From the NCBI RefSeq assembly GCF_963921235.1, contig NC_086099.1, positions 174,468,001-174,532,000 on the forward strand: a stretch of DNA of 64,000 bases, in the 5' to 3' direction. Within the stretch, counting starts at the first letter, position 1; each line of letters starts with the position of its first letter. This document shows, in pieces, positions 37,190-50,098 of this stretch. Below the pieces are notes generated by a model. The model ran no database searches. It had not been told where the DNA came from and was given only the letters and a program-made list of their open reading frames with translations. A program made the translations under genes and the position numbers. The stretch comes from Mobula hypostoma (Eukaryota).

Positions 37190-38550
37190 TCTAAGCCTTG
37201 TGCCAAAGTACAGTGGAAAAACTTTGCATGCCACCCACACAGATGATTTCATCATATCAGTACATTGAGGTAGTACAAAGAAAGCAATAACAGAGTACAG
37301 AATAGAGTGTTACAGTTACAGAGAAAGTGCAGTGCACAAAGATAATAAGGCCCTAAGGGGGACATTTCAATAATCTTATAAACACAGGGCAGAACCTACC
37401 CTTGAGCTTGGTGGTATGTGTTTTAAGTATTTTTTAATCTTCTGCCCAATGGGTGGGGCAGTGGGGGGTGGGGGGAAGAAAAGAGTACGTTTGGGATCGG
37501 TGAGGTCTTTGATTCTTTGATAATATTGACTGCTTTTCCAAGGCAGTGAGAAATCTAGAGACCGCCCATGAATGGAAGGCTGGTTTTTCTGATGTGCTGA
37601 GCTGTGTCCATGACTTTCTCCATTTCCTTGTGGTCTTGGTCTGAGTAGTTGCCACACCAAGCCATGATGCGTCCAGATAGGATACTTTCTATGGTGCAGC
37701 AATAAAAATTGGTGAGGGTCAAAGGGGACATGCCAAATATCTTTTGTCTCCTGAAGAAGTAGAGGTATGCTTTTGCACTTGGGGTGTCTACATAGTTGGA
37801 TCAATACAGGGTATTGGTGATGTTAACTTCAAAGAACTTGAAGGTTTCAACTCTCCCAACTTCAATACTATTGATGTAAACAGGAGATGTGCACTGCCCC
37901 CCTTCCTGAAGTAAATGAACAGCTCTTTTGTTTTGCTGACTTGGAAGGAAAGATTGTTGTCATGACACCATGCCACTACACTCCCTATCTCCTTCCTGTA
38001 CTCTGACTCATTGATACTTGTGATTCAATCCATACAGTGGTATCATTTATAAATTTGTAGATGGAGTTATGGCAGAAACTGGCCACACGGTTGTGAGTGT
38101 ATAGGGAGCTAAGTAGAGGGCTGAAAATGCAGCCTTGTGGGGCAGCTGTGCCGAGGGTAATTGTGGTGGAGGTGTTGCTCCCTATCCTTACTAACTATAG
38201 TCTATCGGTCAGGAAGTCAAGGATCTAGTCGCAAAGAGATATGTTTAGTCCAAGTTCTAGAAGTTGGGGATGAGTGATCATAGAATTATAGTATTGAAGG
38301 CAGAGCTGAAATTCATCAACAATAACCAATCATAAATGTCTTTGCTGTCCAGATGTTCAAAAGATGACTGTAAGACCAAGGAGATGGCTTCTGCTATAGA
38401 CTTGTTTTGGTGTTTAGGCAAACTGCAGTGTGTCAAGATTGTCTGTGATGTTGGAGTTAATGAGTGTCACGACCAGCTTTAAAAGTACTTCAAGATGGTG
38501 GATATCAGAACCACTGGCTGGTAATCATTACGGCATGTTACCCTATTTTT
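37190..38550 (-). mobile_element. Rex1/Babar-type LINE fragment (RT and 3' end)
   Basis: WCHDNNLSFQVSKTKELFIYFRK motif. Confidence 0.8.
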
Positions 38551-39919
38551 TTAGGTACCAGGATCTGTTGTTCTGTTAGCAATCTTTGATTTGCAGCAAG
38601 AAAGTGGATATTTTATTGGGAGGCACACTCTCTTAAACCTCAGCTCAGATTCCAATTCCATATCTGTACTCTTTGGCACCCTTTTGCTGTTTGTTGCTAC
38701 ATATTCTTTTCTCATTTTAAGTTGAATTCTTCGGCACAATTGGGTTGTTGGGTGTGAGTGAGAAGGCAACAGTAGAGTGGGAAGCTGTGTTGCTGGAGGT
38801 GACTGCAACTGGTGGTGGCCCTAACATTAATGTCTAAAAATTCTCATCCATGTATCTCTACATGGATATAATCTCTACAGGTTATAAACAACTAGAGCAT
38901 AAAGAAATCTATACATTGCATAGTGGAAGATAATTAAAAGTACTCATGGTTTATCATTAATAGTAGGTGCTGCAATGTTCTTACCCTTGATTTCCATGGC
39001 TCATTAGCATTATTTTAAGACTTTTAAAAATAATAGTTTGAAAATGTGGCTAATGGATCTGATAAGTGTAGGATGTAGAAACACTCATTACTTAAGAAAT
39101 TAAACTGAAACACACTTGGGCTTAAAGGTGCCACCCTGGTGGGATATATTGTTTCCATATACTTTGGGGAAACCATCAAAGTAATAATGGAATAAAAAAG
39201 AAAGTACTGGAAATAATCACTAAGATCGTGCAGCATTTGTGAAGAAAGAAAAAGCTAACATTTCAGGCTTATGGTCTTTCATCAAGCATACCGTACAACA
39301 AAATACTGTGAATTTCCAACAAGAGTGCAAAGATAATATTCCTATCTGACTACCTTTGGATGTTCATGGATTTCATATGTATTCATTTCAGAGCATTAAA
39401 CTACCTGCTCTCTGGTTGATAATAGGAAGCCTTGGGGGGGGGGGGGGAGAGAGAGAGAATGCATTTTAAAAATGACTGAAAGCTCTCTCATATAAATTGA
39501 AACACTTTTAATTATGCTTTTCATTTGGTAATTTATTACTTAATTTACATTTGCAGATTAGATTTTTTTTAAAAAGCTGTTTATATTATTCTACAGTGGT
39601 GATAAAACTATATTATTCTACAGTGGTGATCACTAAAGGAAGATAAAAAAGTATCCAAAAATGATTGCAATAATTGGAAAATAACATTTACTAGGGATAT
39701 TATGAGAAGGTACGTAGGTGTGTTGCACGCAATTTATTTGTTACTGAACAATCAACAAGTTTTTACATGCAATAAATACCTAGAACTCAAATGAATCAAT
39801 GCATTACATAAAGGAAGGTCATGGGGAGCTCAAGCAGTTTCCCGCAATTCGTGTTACAAATGAGAAGTTGTACAATGTCCTTTATTTTGCACATCTTGAC
39901 ACATAATCACTACTTTGAG

Positions 39920-40016
39920 TAACACATACAAAATGCTGGAGGAACACAGCTGGTCTGGCAGCATCTATGGATATGAATAAACAGTCGCTGTTTCAGGCTG
40001 AGACCCTTCATCAGGA
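39920..40016 (-). mobile_element. Penelope-like pLTR end with hammerhead-like motif
   Basis: Reverse strand CCTGATGAAGGGTCTCAGCCTGAAACAGCGACTG. Confidence 0.65.
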
Positions 40017-40259
40017 TATTTTGAAATATCAGCACTATGTTGAAATCTTTCAAATGTAACAGTTGAGAAAATAACGGGGGAAATGAAATGATGGATCTTT
40101 TAAAGGAAAGTGCTGATAAAGTTTCCTATTTATAATGGAGTTAAAAGTTTACAGGCTCCTCGTTCTCTATTCAAAGTGTTGGTACTCTGCCTGCAGGACT
40201 GTTGCACAACAAGTGAGTGTTTGTACCAGGTATTGTTAGCTTTGTGAATGTTCTGAATA

Positions 40260-41075
40260 ATAACATGGAACAGTAGCACAGAAACAGACCCTTCGGCTCA
40301 CAATGTTGTGCTAAACTAATTAACCTCACAATAAAATGTTTTCAAATCCATTTCCCTCCATTAACTGTCTAGTCATGTACCTATTTAAGAGTCTCTTTAA
40401 TGCCTTCATCATATCTGCCTGCACCACCACCCTGCCAGTGCATTCCAGGTTCCCACAACCCTCCACACAAAAGTCCTGCCTTCACACATCTCTCCCGAAC
40501 CCAGACCCCCTCACCTCAAAAGCATGGACTCCTGTATCAGACATTTTGACCCTGGGAGAAAGATACTGGCTGTCCACTCTACTGGTACCTCCCATCATCT
40601 GGCAAATCTCCACTAAATATCCTCCTAGCCTCCACAAGCCCAGAGAAAACTCAAGTTTCTCTAACGTCTCCCTATAGCACACACATACATACACCACACT
40701 CCACACAGCACCTCAGCAAACAGCTCCCCTCCAGCACCCTCCCCAAAGCCTCCATATCTGTCTTGTAATGAGACAACCAAAGCTGAATACAAAATTTCAA
40801 ATGCATCCTAGTTGGAGTTTTATAAACCTCAAATAAAACTTCCTAAGTCTTGAACTCGGTGACTTGACTAACAAAGGCAAGCATGACATATACCTATCAA
40901 TCTGTCCAGTCACTGTTAGGGACCTATGGACTTGTATCCCAACATCCTTGTATACATAAATACTGCCAGTAACAGTGTGCTGTCTCTTTACATTTGATCT
41001 CCCAAAGTGCAACACCTCACATTTGAGAGTATTAAACTCCACCTGCCATTTCTCTGACCATATCTGCAACTGATC
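40260..41075 (-). mobile_element. Degraded CR1 LINE 3' portion
   Basis: WSEKWQVEFN..KCEVLHFG motif. Confidence 0.75.
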
Positions 41076-41080
41076 AAAAC

Positions 41081-41596
41081 TCAGTGGCTATTTTATTAGG
41101 TACATCTGTATGCCAATCATATAGCAGCAACTCAATGCATAAAAGCATGCAAATATGATGAAGCAGTTCAGTTATTTCTTCAGAACTGGGGAGGAAATGT
41201 GATCTAAGTGATCTTGACCGTGGAATGATTGTTGGAGGAGAACAGGGTGGTGTGCGTATCTCAAAAATTTCTGATATCCTACGATTTTCATGTACAACAG
41301 CCTCTAGGGCTTACAGAGGATGATGAAAAAAAAAACAAAACAAGAAGAAAACATCCAGTGAGCAGCAGTTTTGTGGATGAAAATGCCCTGTTAATGAGAG
41401 GGGTTAGAGGAGAATGGCCAGACTGGCTGAAGCTGACAGGATGGCAACAAGAACAAAAATAACCACACATCACAACAGTGCTATACAGAAGAGCATCTCT
41501 GAATGCACAGTATGTTGAACTTTGAAGTGGACGAGGTTCAGCAACAGACCACAGACATATCCTCAGTGGCCACATTTTTAGATAGAGGAGGTACCT
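41081..41596 (+). mobile_element. Tc1/mariner-derived non-autonomous element
   Basis: Terminal tcagtggc..tttattaggtaca motif; transposase N-terminal remnant (DLSDLDRGMIVG). Confidence 0.7.
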
Positions 41597-42663
41597 CTAT
41601 CGCACTGAATCCTTGTGTGCACTATCCACAGTTTTGTATACCCTATTGGAGGAAAGATATTATTAAATTTGAAAGAGTGCAGAAAAGATCTACCAGAATG
41701 TTGCCTGGGCCTGGGCCCCAATCCCCAAGGAGAGCTTGTGTAGGACTTCATTCCATAAAACATAGATGACTGAGGAGTGAACAGACAAACTCATACAAGA
41801 TCATGAGAGCTAGTAATGTCATTTTGCAGCACTTGCACAGACTTGTACACTCCCACAGTCCTTCTGAACATAAATAGAGCAATTTAATTAAGTTACTGAG
41901 ACATAGCTTACACAAAGCTTATCTATTAAGAATTACAAGAATTCAAGAAAAATATATATGCTGGGAAACAATTTAAAATTAATGAAATATAGAGCTGATT
42001 TCTTAAAGTTGTTTAAAAATCAGCACTTAAAGGAATTAACAATAAGTGTTATTAAAAAATAAACTTGATAGATGTATATTACCTCAAAGTTTTGAAAATA
42101 CTGTAACCAGAAATTTCCTGCAGGAATAATAACATTGCTGCATTGCCACCTACTGTTTAAAATGCAATTTGTCAAGTAATTTCCAGATGATCATTGACAA
42201 TAGGTCATTTGTTTATCTTTAATCAACTGTATTGTATGTATACCATTCTTCTTTGCTTTTATAACCCCACGACAGTGCTAGATAATGAAACTGAGGATCA
42301 TCTCTACCTGCAGACATCAATTAAGTGTAATGACTAATGATAGCCTACTAGAGGACATTGTAATTTTGACATATTTGTTAAAGTTGGGGATTGTGGATCA
42401 CAGTAATACTTCAGTCCAATAGTTTTCAATGTTGGTTGCACAGTATTCTTTACACTGTCATTGAAGAATAAGCTCAATGGAGCAAAATGAGATACTCTAT
42501 ATTATGTTCACTATACCAATTCACTGTTCTAATTATTCTCCTTCCTTCTCCTTTGTTGTCCAAATTGTCTGAGAAATAATTAATGAAAGTGGAGAGAGCT
42601 GACCACTTTTACCCAAAAGTCTTTTACTTTAGTCACAGACTTCATAAATTATTTATACTGTTC

Positions 42664-43048
42664 TATGAGGGTGGTGGGGTGGAGAGATGTCTCTACCAAA
42701 GGAGGTGTAAGGTGCTCCTTCCCTCCGCTAGCCTGTAGATCCCCCTTGGACAAAATGTAGCATTTGTTTAGCCCTCCAATCAGGGTCACATGAACCATGG
42801 GAGCAGTTGGTGAATGGTTGTATGAGCAGTTGGTACATACCATAATTCATGGTTCTGCAACTACTGACACCAGGCAGGGAGCCTCTGAAGCGTATTGATA
42901 ATGGCTGGGGTCACCCGTCGTGTAAAGACACTGCCCAGAAGTAGGCAATGGCAAATCAATTCTGTAGAAAAATTTGCCAAGAACAACCACTGCGAAGGAA
43001 AAACCATGATCACACATGTCATGTGACATGGCACGTAACAAATGAACC
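42664..43048 (+). mobile_element. RTE (Bov-B-like)-related SINE / non-autonomous element
   Basis: 3' segment GAAGTAGGCAATGGCAAATCAATTCTGTAGAAAAATTTGCCAAGAA resembles the Bov-A/RTE motif GAAGGAAATGGCAACCCACTCCAGT..TTGCC. Confidence 0.55.
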
Positions 43049-44289
43049 ATCTGTCAGTATGTCTGGCTGAGAAATACTACAATGTGCTCTCTCATACATT
43101 GAATTGGTACTCTGTGGGGTGGCTGTGGTAGTTTAATGTAGAGACCCAAAGCTCTGTTACACTATATACATGATGTTTAAAGCTTGGTCCGATGGGCCTT
43201 GCACAGTCAAGCAGCAAAGCTCTACAATGGGCATTAACATCTCTGAGGTCTATCATGAGCCCATCACATTCATGCAAACATAAAAAGTACAACTAGCTCT
43301 ACTTTGCTAGGAGTTTCAGGAGACTTAGTATGTCACCAGAACCTCTTACAAATTTTGATAGCGTCTCCAATACACAGGATTGCAAAGGCTGCAAAGGGTT
43401 GTGGACTCATCTAGCTCGATCTACAACCCTCCTCACTATCGAGAACATCTTCAAGAGACAGTTCCTCAAGAAGGCAGCATTCTTCACTAAGGACACTCAT
43501 CATGTTCTTCTCATTACTACAATTTTATAATGTGGATTTCATAGAAGAGGACAGTAATGTTTCAAATCAGCACTGTCCTTGCTGGAGCATATTCTGCATT
43601 TAGGGTGTATAGCAAAATATTAACTTCAGTCACCAGTCTTCAGATCTGAATATGGACTGTCGATTAAATTAAAAATGCAGCTCTGGGCAATGGCTTCCTA
43701 AGAGCCATGAACCCCAGTTGAAAAACCAGACAAAGCTGATTTAACATTCATTTTGGGTGTCTGTAGTGTAGATGTGAAGAAGGAGGTGTGAAAGTTATAT
43801 GTAATTCAAATGAAGCATTGTAGATACATTGTAAATATAGAATTGCCCTTTGACCTTTAGTATATAAGATGTCTTGTAATATTGGGCTGAGGAGGCCTCT
43901 GCCTCCAACAGCGTCTCAATATGATGTCTGCTGTGTTTTACTTTGTCAAATAAAAGACTGCTTCATATCTACCAGCTGCGTCTCTGTGGTGACTTTGTGC
44001 ACGTTATAATAGTTCTAGCTTCTATGACATTCTCCATGCTAAATACAGTTGAGAAATATTCATTGAAGATCTTGTCCATTTTCTGTAGCTTTATAAATAC
44101 CATAGATAACCATATTGATCGTGAAGGATACATATCCTCTCCCTTGTTACCCCTTTCCTCTGAATGTACTATAGAATCTCTTAACATTCTTCTTTACTGT
44201 ATCTGCTAAACTAAATCAAGTTTTTTTTTTGCCCTTTTGATTCACCTCTGAAGATTACTTGTACATCCCTTTTACTCATCAAGGTGTTA

Positions 44290-44870
44290 TTTATACTTTA
44301 TACTTTATTGTCACCAAACAGTTGATACTGGAGCGTACAATCATCACAATGATACTTGATTCTGCGCTTCACGCTCCCTGGAGTACAAAGCAATAGTAAA
44401 TATTAAAAATTTAAATTATAAATCATAAATAGAAAATAGAAAAGGGAAAGTAAGGTAGTGCAAAAAACCGAGAGGTAGGTCCAGATATTTGGAGGGTATT
44501 GGACAGGACAGCTTCCATACCAGGTTGTGATGCACCCTAGAAGAATGCTTTCTATGGTGCATCTATAAAAATTAGTGAGGGTTTTAGGGGACAGGCCAAA
44601 TTTCTTTAGGTTTCTCAGGAAGTAAAGGTGCTGGTGGGCCTTCTTGGCAGTGGACTCTGCTTGGTTGGACCAAGTCAGGTCATTTGTGATACTGATCCCG
44701 AGGAACTTAAAGCTTTTGACCTGTTCCACTTGCGCACCACCGATGTAAATGGGGTTGTGCAGTCCACTACTCCTTCTGAAGTCAACAACCAATTCCTTCG
44801 TCTTGCTGACGTTGAGGGATAGGTTATTGTCTTCACACCATGCCACCAGGTTTTTAATTCCATTCGCTTA
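44290..44870 (-). mobile_element. Rex1/Babar-type LINE 3' fragment
   Basis: WCEDNNLSLNVSKTKELVVDFRR..FKFLG..KKAHQHLYFLR..FYRCTIESIL. Confidence 0.88.
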
Positions 44871-46256
44871 ATTCCAGCAGCCTGTGCCTGACACATGCCA
44901 CCTTCATTTTTTCCTGGCTTTGTGTGTGTCGAGCCCTTTTATACAATTTCTTTTTCTTTGCAACAACTGCCAAGTCCTCAAAATTGCTAATGAATGATCA
45001 TTGGTATATTATTGTCATAGGTACTGACATACTTCTGTTTGAAAGTGAAATGCTTTTGTTTGCATCTCATCCAGACATATTATTCAAAGTTTTAGTCAAG
45101 TTTATTGTCATACGCACAAGCGTGTGCGTGCACAAATGCAATGATAAACTTACTTGCAGCAGCCACAAGGCACATAAGACCATAAGACATAGAAGCAGAA
45201 TTAGGCCACTTGGTCCATCCAGTCTTCCCCACCATTCCATTGTTTCTAATTTATTATCCTTTTCAATCCCATTCTCCTGCCTTCTCCCCATAACCTTTGG
45301 CATCCTGACTAACAAAGAACCTATCAGCCTCTGCTTTAAATATACTCAAAGACTTGGCCTCCACAGCTGTCCTTGGCAATGAATTCCACAGATTCACTAC
45401 CCTCTGGCTAAAGAAATCCCTTGTCATCTCTGTTCTAAATGCACGTTCCTCTATTCTATGTCCTCTGGCGCTAGACTCACCCACTATAGGAAACATCCTC
45501 TCCATATCCACTCTGTCTAGGCCTTTCAATATTCAATAGGTTTCAATGAGATCCCCTCTCATTTTTCTAAACTCCAGTGATTGCGGGACCAGAGTCATCA
45601 AACGTCTTTATACATTAATCCATTCATTCGTAGAATAATTCTCGTGAACCTCCTCTGGACCCCCTCCAATGCCAGCACATCTTTTCTAGACAAGGGGCCC
45701 AAAACAGTTTAAATACTCCTGCAGTCTGACCAATGACTTATAAATCCTCACCATCGCACCCTTGCTCTTATATTCTAGTCCTCTTGAAATAAATGCTAAC
45801 ATTGTGTTTGTCTTCCTTACCACTGACTCAACCTTTACAGAATCCTGCAAAAGGACTCCCAAGTCCCTTTGCACCTCTGATTTGTGAATTTTCTTCCCAC
45901 TTAGAAAATAGTGTATGCCTTTATTTCTTCCACCAAAGGGCATGACCATACACTTCCTTACATTATATTCCATCTGCCACTTCTTTGCCCATTTTCCCAA
46001 TCTGTCCAAGTCCTTCTGCAGAATCCCTGCTTCCTCAACACTGCCTGCCCTTCCACCAATCTTTGTATCATTTACAAACTTGACCACAAAGCCATCAATT
46101 CTGTCATCCAAATGGTTGACAAATAACACGAAAAGAAGTCTCCCAATACCAGAGCCTATGAAACACCAGTAGTCACTGGCAACCAACCAGAATAGGCGCC
46201 CTTTATTCCGACTCTGCCTCCTGCCAATCGGCCAATCTTCTATTCATGCATACCAG

Positions 46257-47278
46257 TGTAATACCTTGGTTTAAGACTGTGCTTTATTTGATTAATATAG
46301 TTATGCTGTTCGGCATTGTATTTTCTGCAGAACTCCTCAAAATGCAAATCTATATAAAAAAAAAGTTCATTTAATCACATTATACACTTGATAATATACA
46401 GTTTTAAGCAAGTATTTCATTTTTATTGTTTAATGTACAAATTCAGTTGATTAATACGTTGGGCTGTTGAATTAGCCAAAAGGATTTATCATGTTAAACT
46501 TCTGGGCAATAAGATACCACCGAATAAGAAGCAGATGACAGGGGTAGTCATACTGGTGAGAGAATGGGATTGAGGAAGTTTCGAGGAAGATGGAGGAAAG
46601 AAACACTCAACAAACATGACAGAAGAACATAATAAAATGCTCACAGAACCAAATTTGGAAGGATAATACAAATGTAAGGAAGTCCTTATGCAGGCTATTG
46701 TTGCCGGGAGAATGTGCAAATAACTTTCAGTTCGCCAGCTAGCACACGACTGGAGAAAATGGCAAGACGAGACGGCTTGATGCCTTTTCTTGGATTTTGT
46801 TTGGAAATTTACTTATTTGCTTGGATTGGTTCTTCAATGCAGAACCATTTCGGTACCATGAGTAAACTAACTAAACCAACTGGATTGATTACATAGCTTG
46901 AGCTACAATGATTGCATGCACGCTATAGATTGACATATGTGATAGGCCCTTTATTTTGTTTGTTATAGCTTAAAACACTTTGTCGATACAATTTCAATCT
47001 AATTTTATGCAAGTGTGAGCTAAATTATTACTTCCTGCTGAACATTAAATTTGTATATGTCTGTCAGTATCCATACAGATAATTGTCTTATCTTCCCTTC
47101 AAAGAAACATTCAGACTTATATTTTCATGGTTATCAGAGTTATATCAGTCCTAGACCCGTTTATTTACTGGTAATGTCCCTTTCATCGTTACTCCCATGC
47201 ATTGTAGAGTTATGTTGCTGTTGGTTTGTGTTTACAGTAATAGCTAACTCATTATGGGCCTAGTGTGAGAGGGTTACA
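46257..47278 (+). mobile_element. Solo LTR (1022 bp, ERV1/Gypsy-type)
   Basis: TGTAA...TTACA termini; 4-bp TSD CCAG (46253-46256, 47279-47282). Confidence 0.75.
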
Positions 47279-47768
47279 CCAGTATGTTTTATTGTAATAC
47301 CATGGGCTCTTACCTCATTAAGCACCTTGTCAAAGGCCTCCTGAAAGTCTAAGTAAATAACATCTACTGACTCCCCTTTGTCTATCTTGCCTGTTATTTC
47401 TTCAAAAATTTCCAACAGATTTGTCAGGCAAGATATTCCCAAAAGGAAACCATGCTGACTTAGGCTTACTTTATTATGTGCCTCCACGTACACTGAAACC
47501 TTATCCTTAATAATGGAGTCCAACATCTTCCCAATCACTGAAGTCAGGCTAGCTGGCTTATAAATGCCTTTCTTCTGCAGCGTTATTTCTATTTTTTGAC
47601 AACTGCATGGACCAACCATTACTCTGAGCAGAAAATGGCCTGAAAAATGCACGGCACTTTAAATAGACAACATCAGCATTCAGTGAGCTGGCAGTTTATT
47701 AATAATGAGCTAGCGACTTCCATTCTGTGCTTATTTTTACAACCTCTAATAATGTTGTAACTTGAAAC

Positions 47769-49181
47769 TGTCACAAAGGGGTGCTGGAAACAAACCCAGA
47801 TGCAAGACACAGACACTGAAGTACAAGGAACAGGACTTGACGAGAGAAGGGACGTGACAGGATTCAGGCAAGGAGCAGGGACAAGAATGCAGACTTGGGC
47901 TAGGGAAAGCAAGACCAGAACTAGGAACCATGGACTAGGAGACAAGGCTAGGACTCTGAGCCCGAGACTGGACAAGGACCCAGAACCTGGGTCTTGCCTC
48001 AGGCTCGGAACCGGAACCAGGCAAGGACATGACATGGCTTCAGGACAGGACATGGCTGGGGTCAAGAGACCTGAGTTTGAAGATAGGCTGGGGTCTTAGC
48101 TCTTGTGGCTTGAGGCTGGAGTCTTGGGTCTTGAGCTTGCCTTGGGATCCTTGAGGCTTGGGGTCTTGGGTTCCCGGAGCTTGGCTGCGGGATCCCCGGG
48201 GCTTGGGTTCTCGGAGCTTGGCTGCGGGATCCCCGGGGCTTGGGTTCTCGGAGCTTGGCTGCGGGATCCCCGGGGTTTGGGTTCTCGGAGCTTGGCTGCG
48301 GGATCTTTGTATTGAAATGCGGAGGCTGATAACTCGGAGACTGGAGCTGAGAGACAGACTAGGAACTGAACATTAACATAGAGCCGGGACTTATCCTTCG
48401 ACAGGCCAGGACTCGTCTTTAACACAACACAAACATGAGACAGGACAGAACATAGACATAGAGCCAGGACTTATCCAACAACAAGCCAGGACTCAACTTC
48501 ATCTTCACACCAAGGTGGGACAGGTCTCTCTTTCAGGTAACGGCAGAACAGCTGGACTTACCCAATAGAGGCAAGGACAAGACAAGACAGGTCGCCCCGC
48601 AGGGCAACAGCAAAATGGCCTGGCTTACCCCATGGAGGCGAGGACAAGACAAGACAGATCCCCCTGCATGGCAATGGCAAAATAGCCTGGCTTACCCCAC
48701 AGAGGCGAGGACAAGAAGAGTCAAACACCAAAGAACAACAGACAGTTCCATCTCTGCTCCGGGGAAGCTCAGAGTCTCAGTTCGGCCAGCAACCTCAGCT
48801 GGCTACGGAAACAGCCAGATCCCTACCTAGCTGGGAGTAGCTGGCAGCCACTCAGCTGGCCCGGGAAACAGCCAAATCCATCCCGCAAAGACTACTCCAA
48901 CAAGTGGCAACAAGGCTCCATGAAACGGTGGTCCTCCAACCAGGACTAGAGATCACAAATGGTTTCATTAGCCTTCCATCAGCAAGTTGGTCCAAGGGGA
49001 ACTGACAAGACAAACCACCAGCCCACACGCAATCCCAAGGCTACTTATATTGCAAGCCCAAAGACGGAAATCAGGGTGCCTTTGATTTAGTTAAACAAGG
49101 GGCAGCTTGAAGACCCGGAGTCCTGAGTCCATGGACCGGATCGTGAACCAGAATGCAGACTTCACGGCCCGGACTATGACA
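47769..49181 (-). mobile_element. Solo LTR (1413 bp, Gypsy/BEL-type)
   Basis: TGTCA...TGACA termini; 5-bp TSD GAAAC (47764-47768, 49182-49186); TATAAGTA on the minus strand near 49045. Confidence 0.85.
48160..48305. repeat. 37-bp minisatellite, ~4 copies, inside the solo LTR
   Basis: Unit GGGGCTTGGGTTCTCGGAGCTTGGCTGCGGGATCCCC; GATC recurs at 48191, 48228, 48265 and 48302. Confidence 0.92.
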
Positions 49182-50098
49182 GAAACAGTGACAATGTGGA
49201 AGCTCTAAATTGTTTCAAAGTAAAGGTTGTGGTACCATCATTATTGAGAAAATTTATGGATTTTATCCATTAACACATAATTCAGTAGAGGATACTTCAC
49301 AATTATATTAACATAGATTTCAAAATTATATTAGCGTAATTTCAAAATTATATAAAAGAAAATTCCAGCTATGTGGCAACAAAGGCTATGTGCGCGGGAT
49401 CATTTCAGATATTGTGTGGCCTTGCACTTGTGCAGCTTAGCAAGAACAGTATTCTTCTGCCTCCCTCCCTTCTTAAAGAGTGGACTGACACTTGCAATTT
49501 TCTAGCCCTCCAGAACTATTCCAGAATCTAGTGAATCTTGAAAGATCATTTCTAATGTTTCTACAATCTCCTCAGCTACCTCTTTCAGAACTGTGCAGTA
49601 CAGTCCATCTGGTCCCGGAGACTTACCTAACTTCAGACCTTTTAGCTTCCCAAGCATCTTCTCCTTAGTAATTGCAACTTCACTCACTCCTCTCCTGACA
49701 CTCCCAAATTTCTGTTATACTGCTTGTGTCTTCCACAGTAAAGCTTGATGCAAACAACTTATTAAGTTCATCCACCATTTCTTTGATCCTCTCTCCCATT
49801 ACTAGCTCTCCAGCGTCATTTTGCAGCTGTCCAATTACCATTCTTGCTTCTCTTCTACTCTTTATATATCTGAAAAAGGACATTTGATATCCTGTTTGAT
49901 ATTTTTGGCTAACTTACCTTCATATTTCATCTTTTCTCTCCTTATGGGTTTTTACATTGCCCTCTGTTGGTTTTTAAAAACTTCCCAATCCTCAAACTTC
50001 CCACTAATTTTTGATATATTATATGCCCTCTCGTTTGCTTTTATGCTGCTTTTGATTTCCCTCATCACCCACAATTGCCTCATCATCCCTTTAGAATA

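Larger units (their letters stand above)
47578..49451. mobile_element. hAT-type non-autonomous DNA transposon (hosts a solo LTR)
   Basis: 8-bp TSD TTCTTCTG (47570-47577, 49452-49459); decayed TIRs CAGCGTTATTTCTA / TAGCAAGAACAGTA. Confidence 0.7.

Noticed and set aside
39582-39630. 22-bp direct repeat TATATTATTCTACAGTGGTGAT x2
   Set aside because: Simple local tandem duplication; no evidence of function.
39715-39880. Loose cluster of TTACATAA, AAGGTCA and TTCCCGCAA motifs (possible distal enhancer)
   Set aside because: Short, imperfect motifs are expected by chance in AT-rich DNA; no independent support.
48096-48425. Repetitive Pro/Gly-rich ORFs, and a CRISPR-like look of the array
   Set aside because: Translations of the 37-bp minisatellite. 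Units are contiguous with no unique spacers, and the DNA is eukaryotic.
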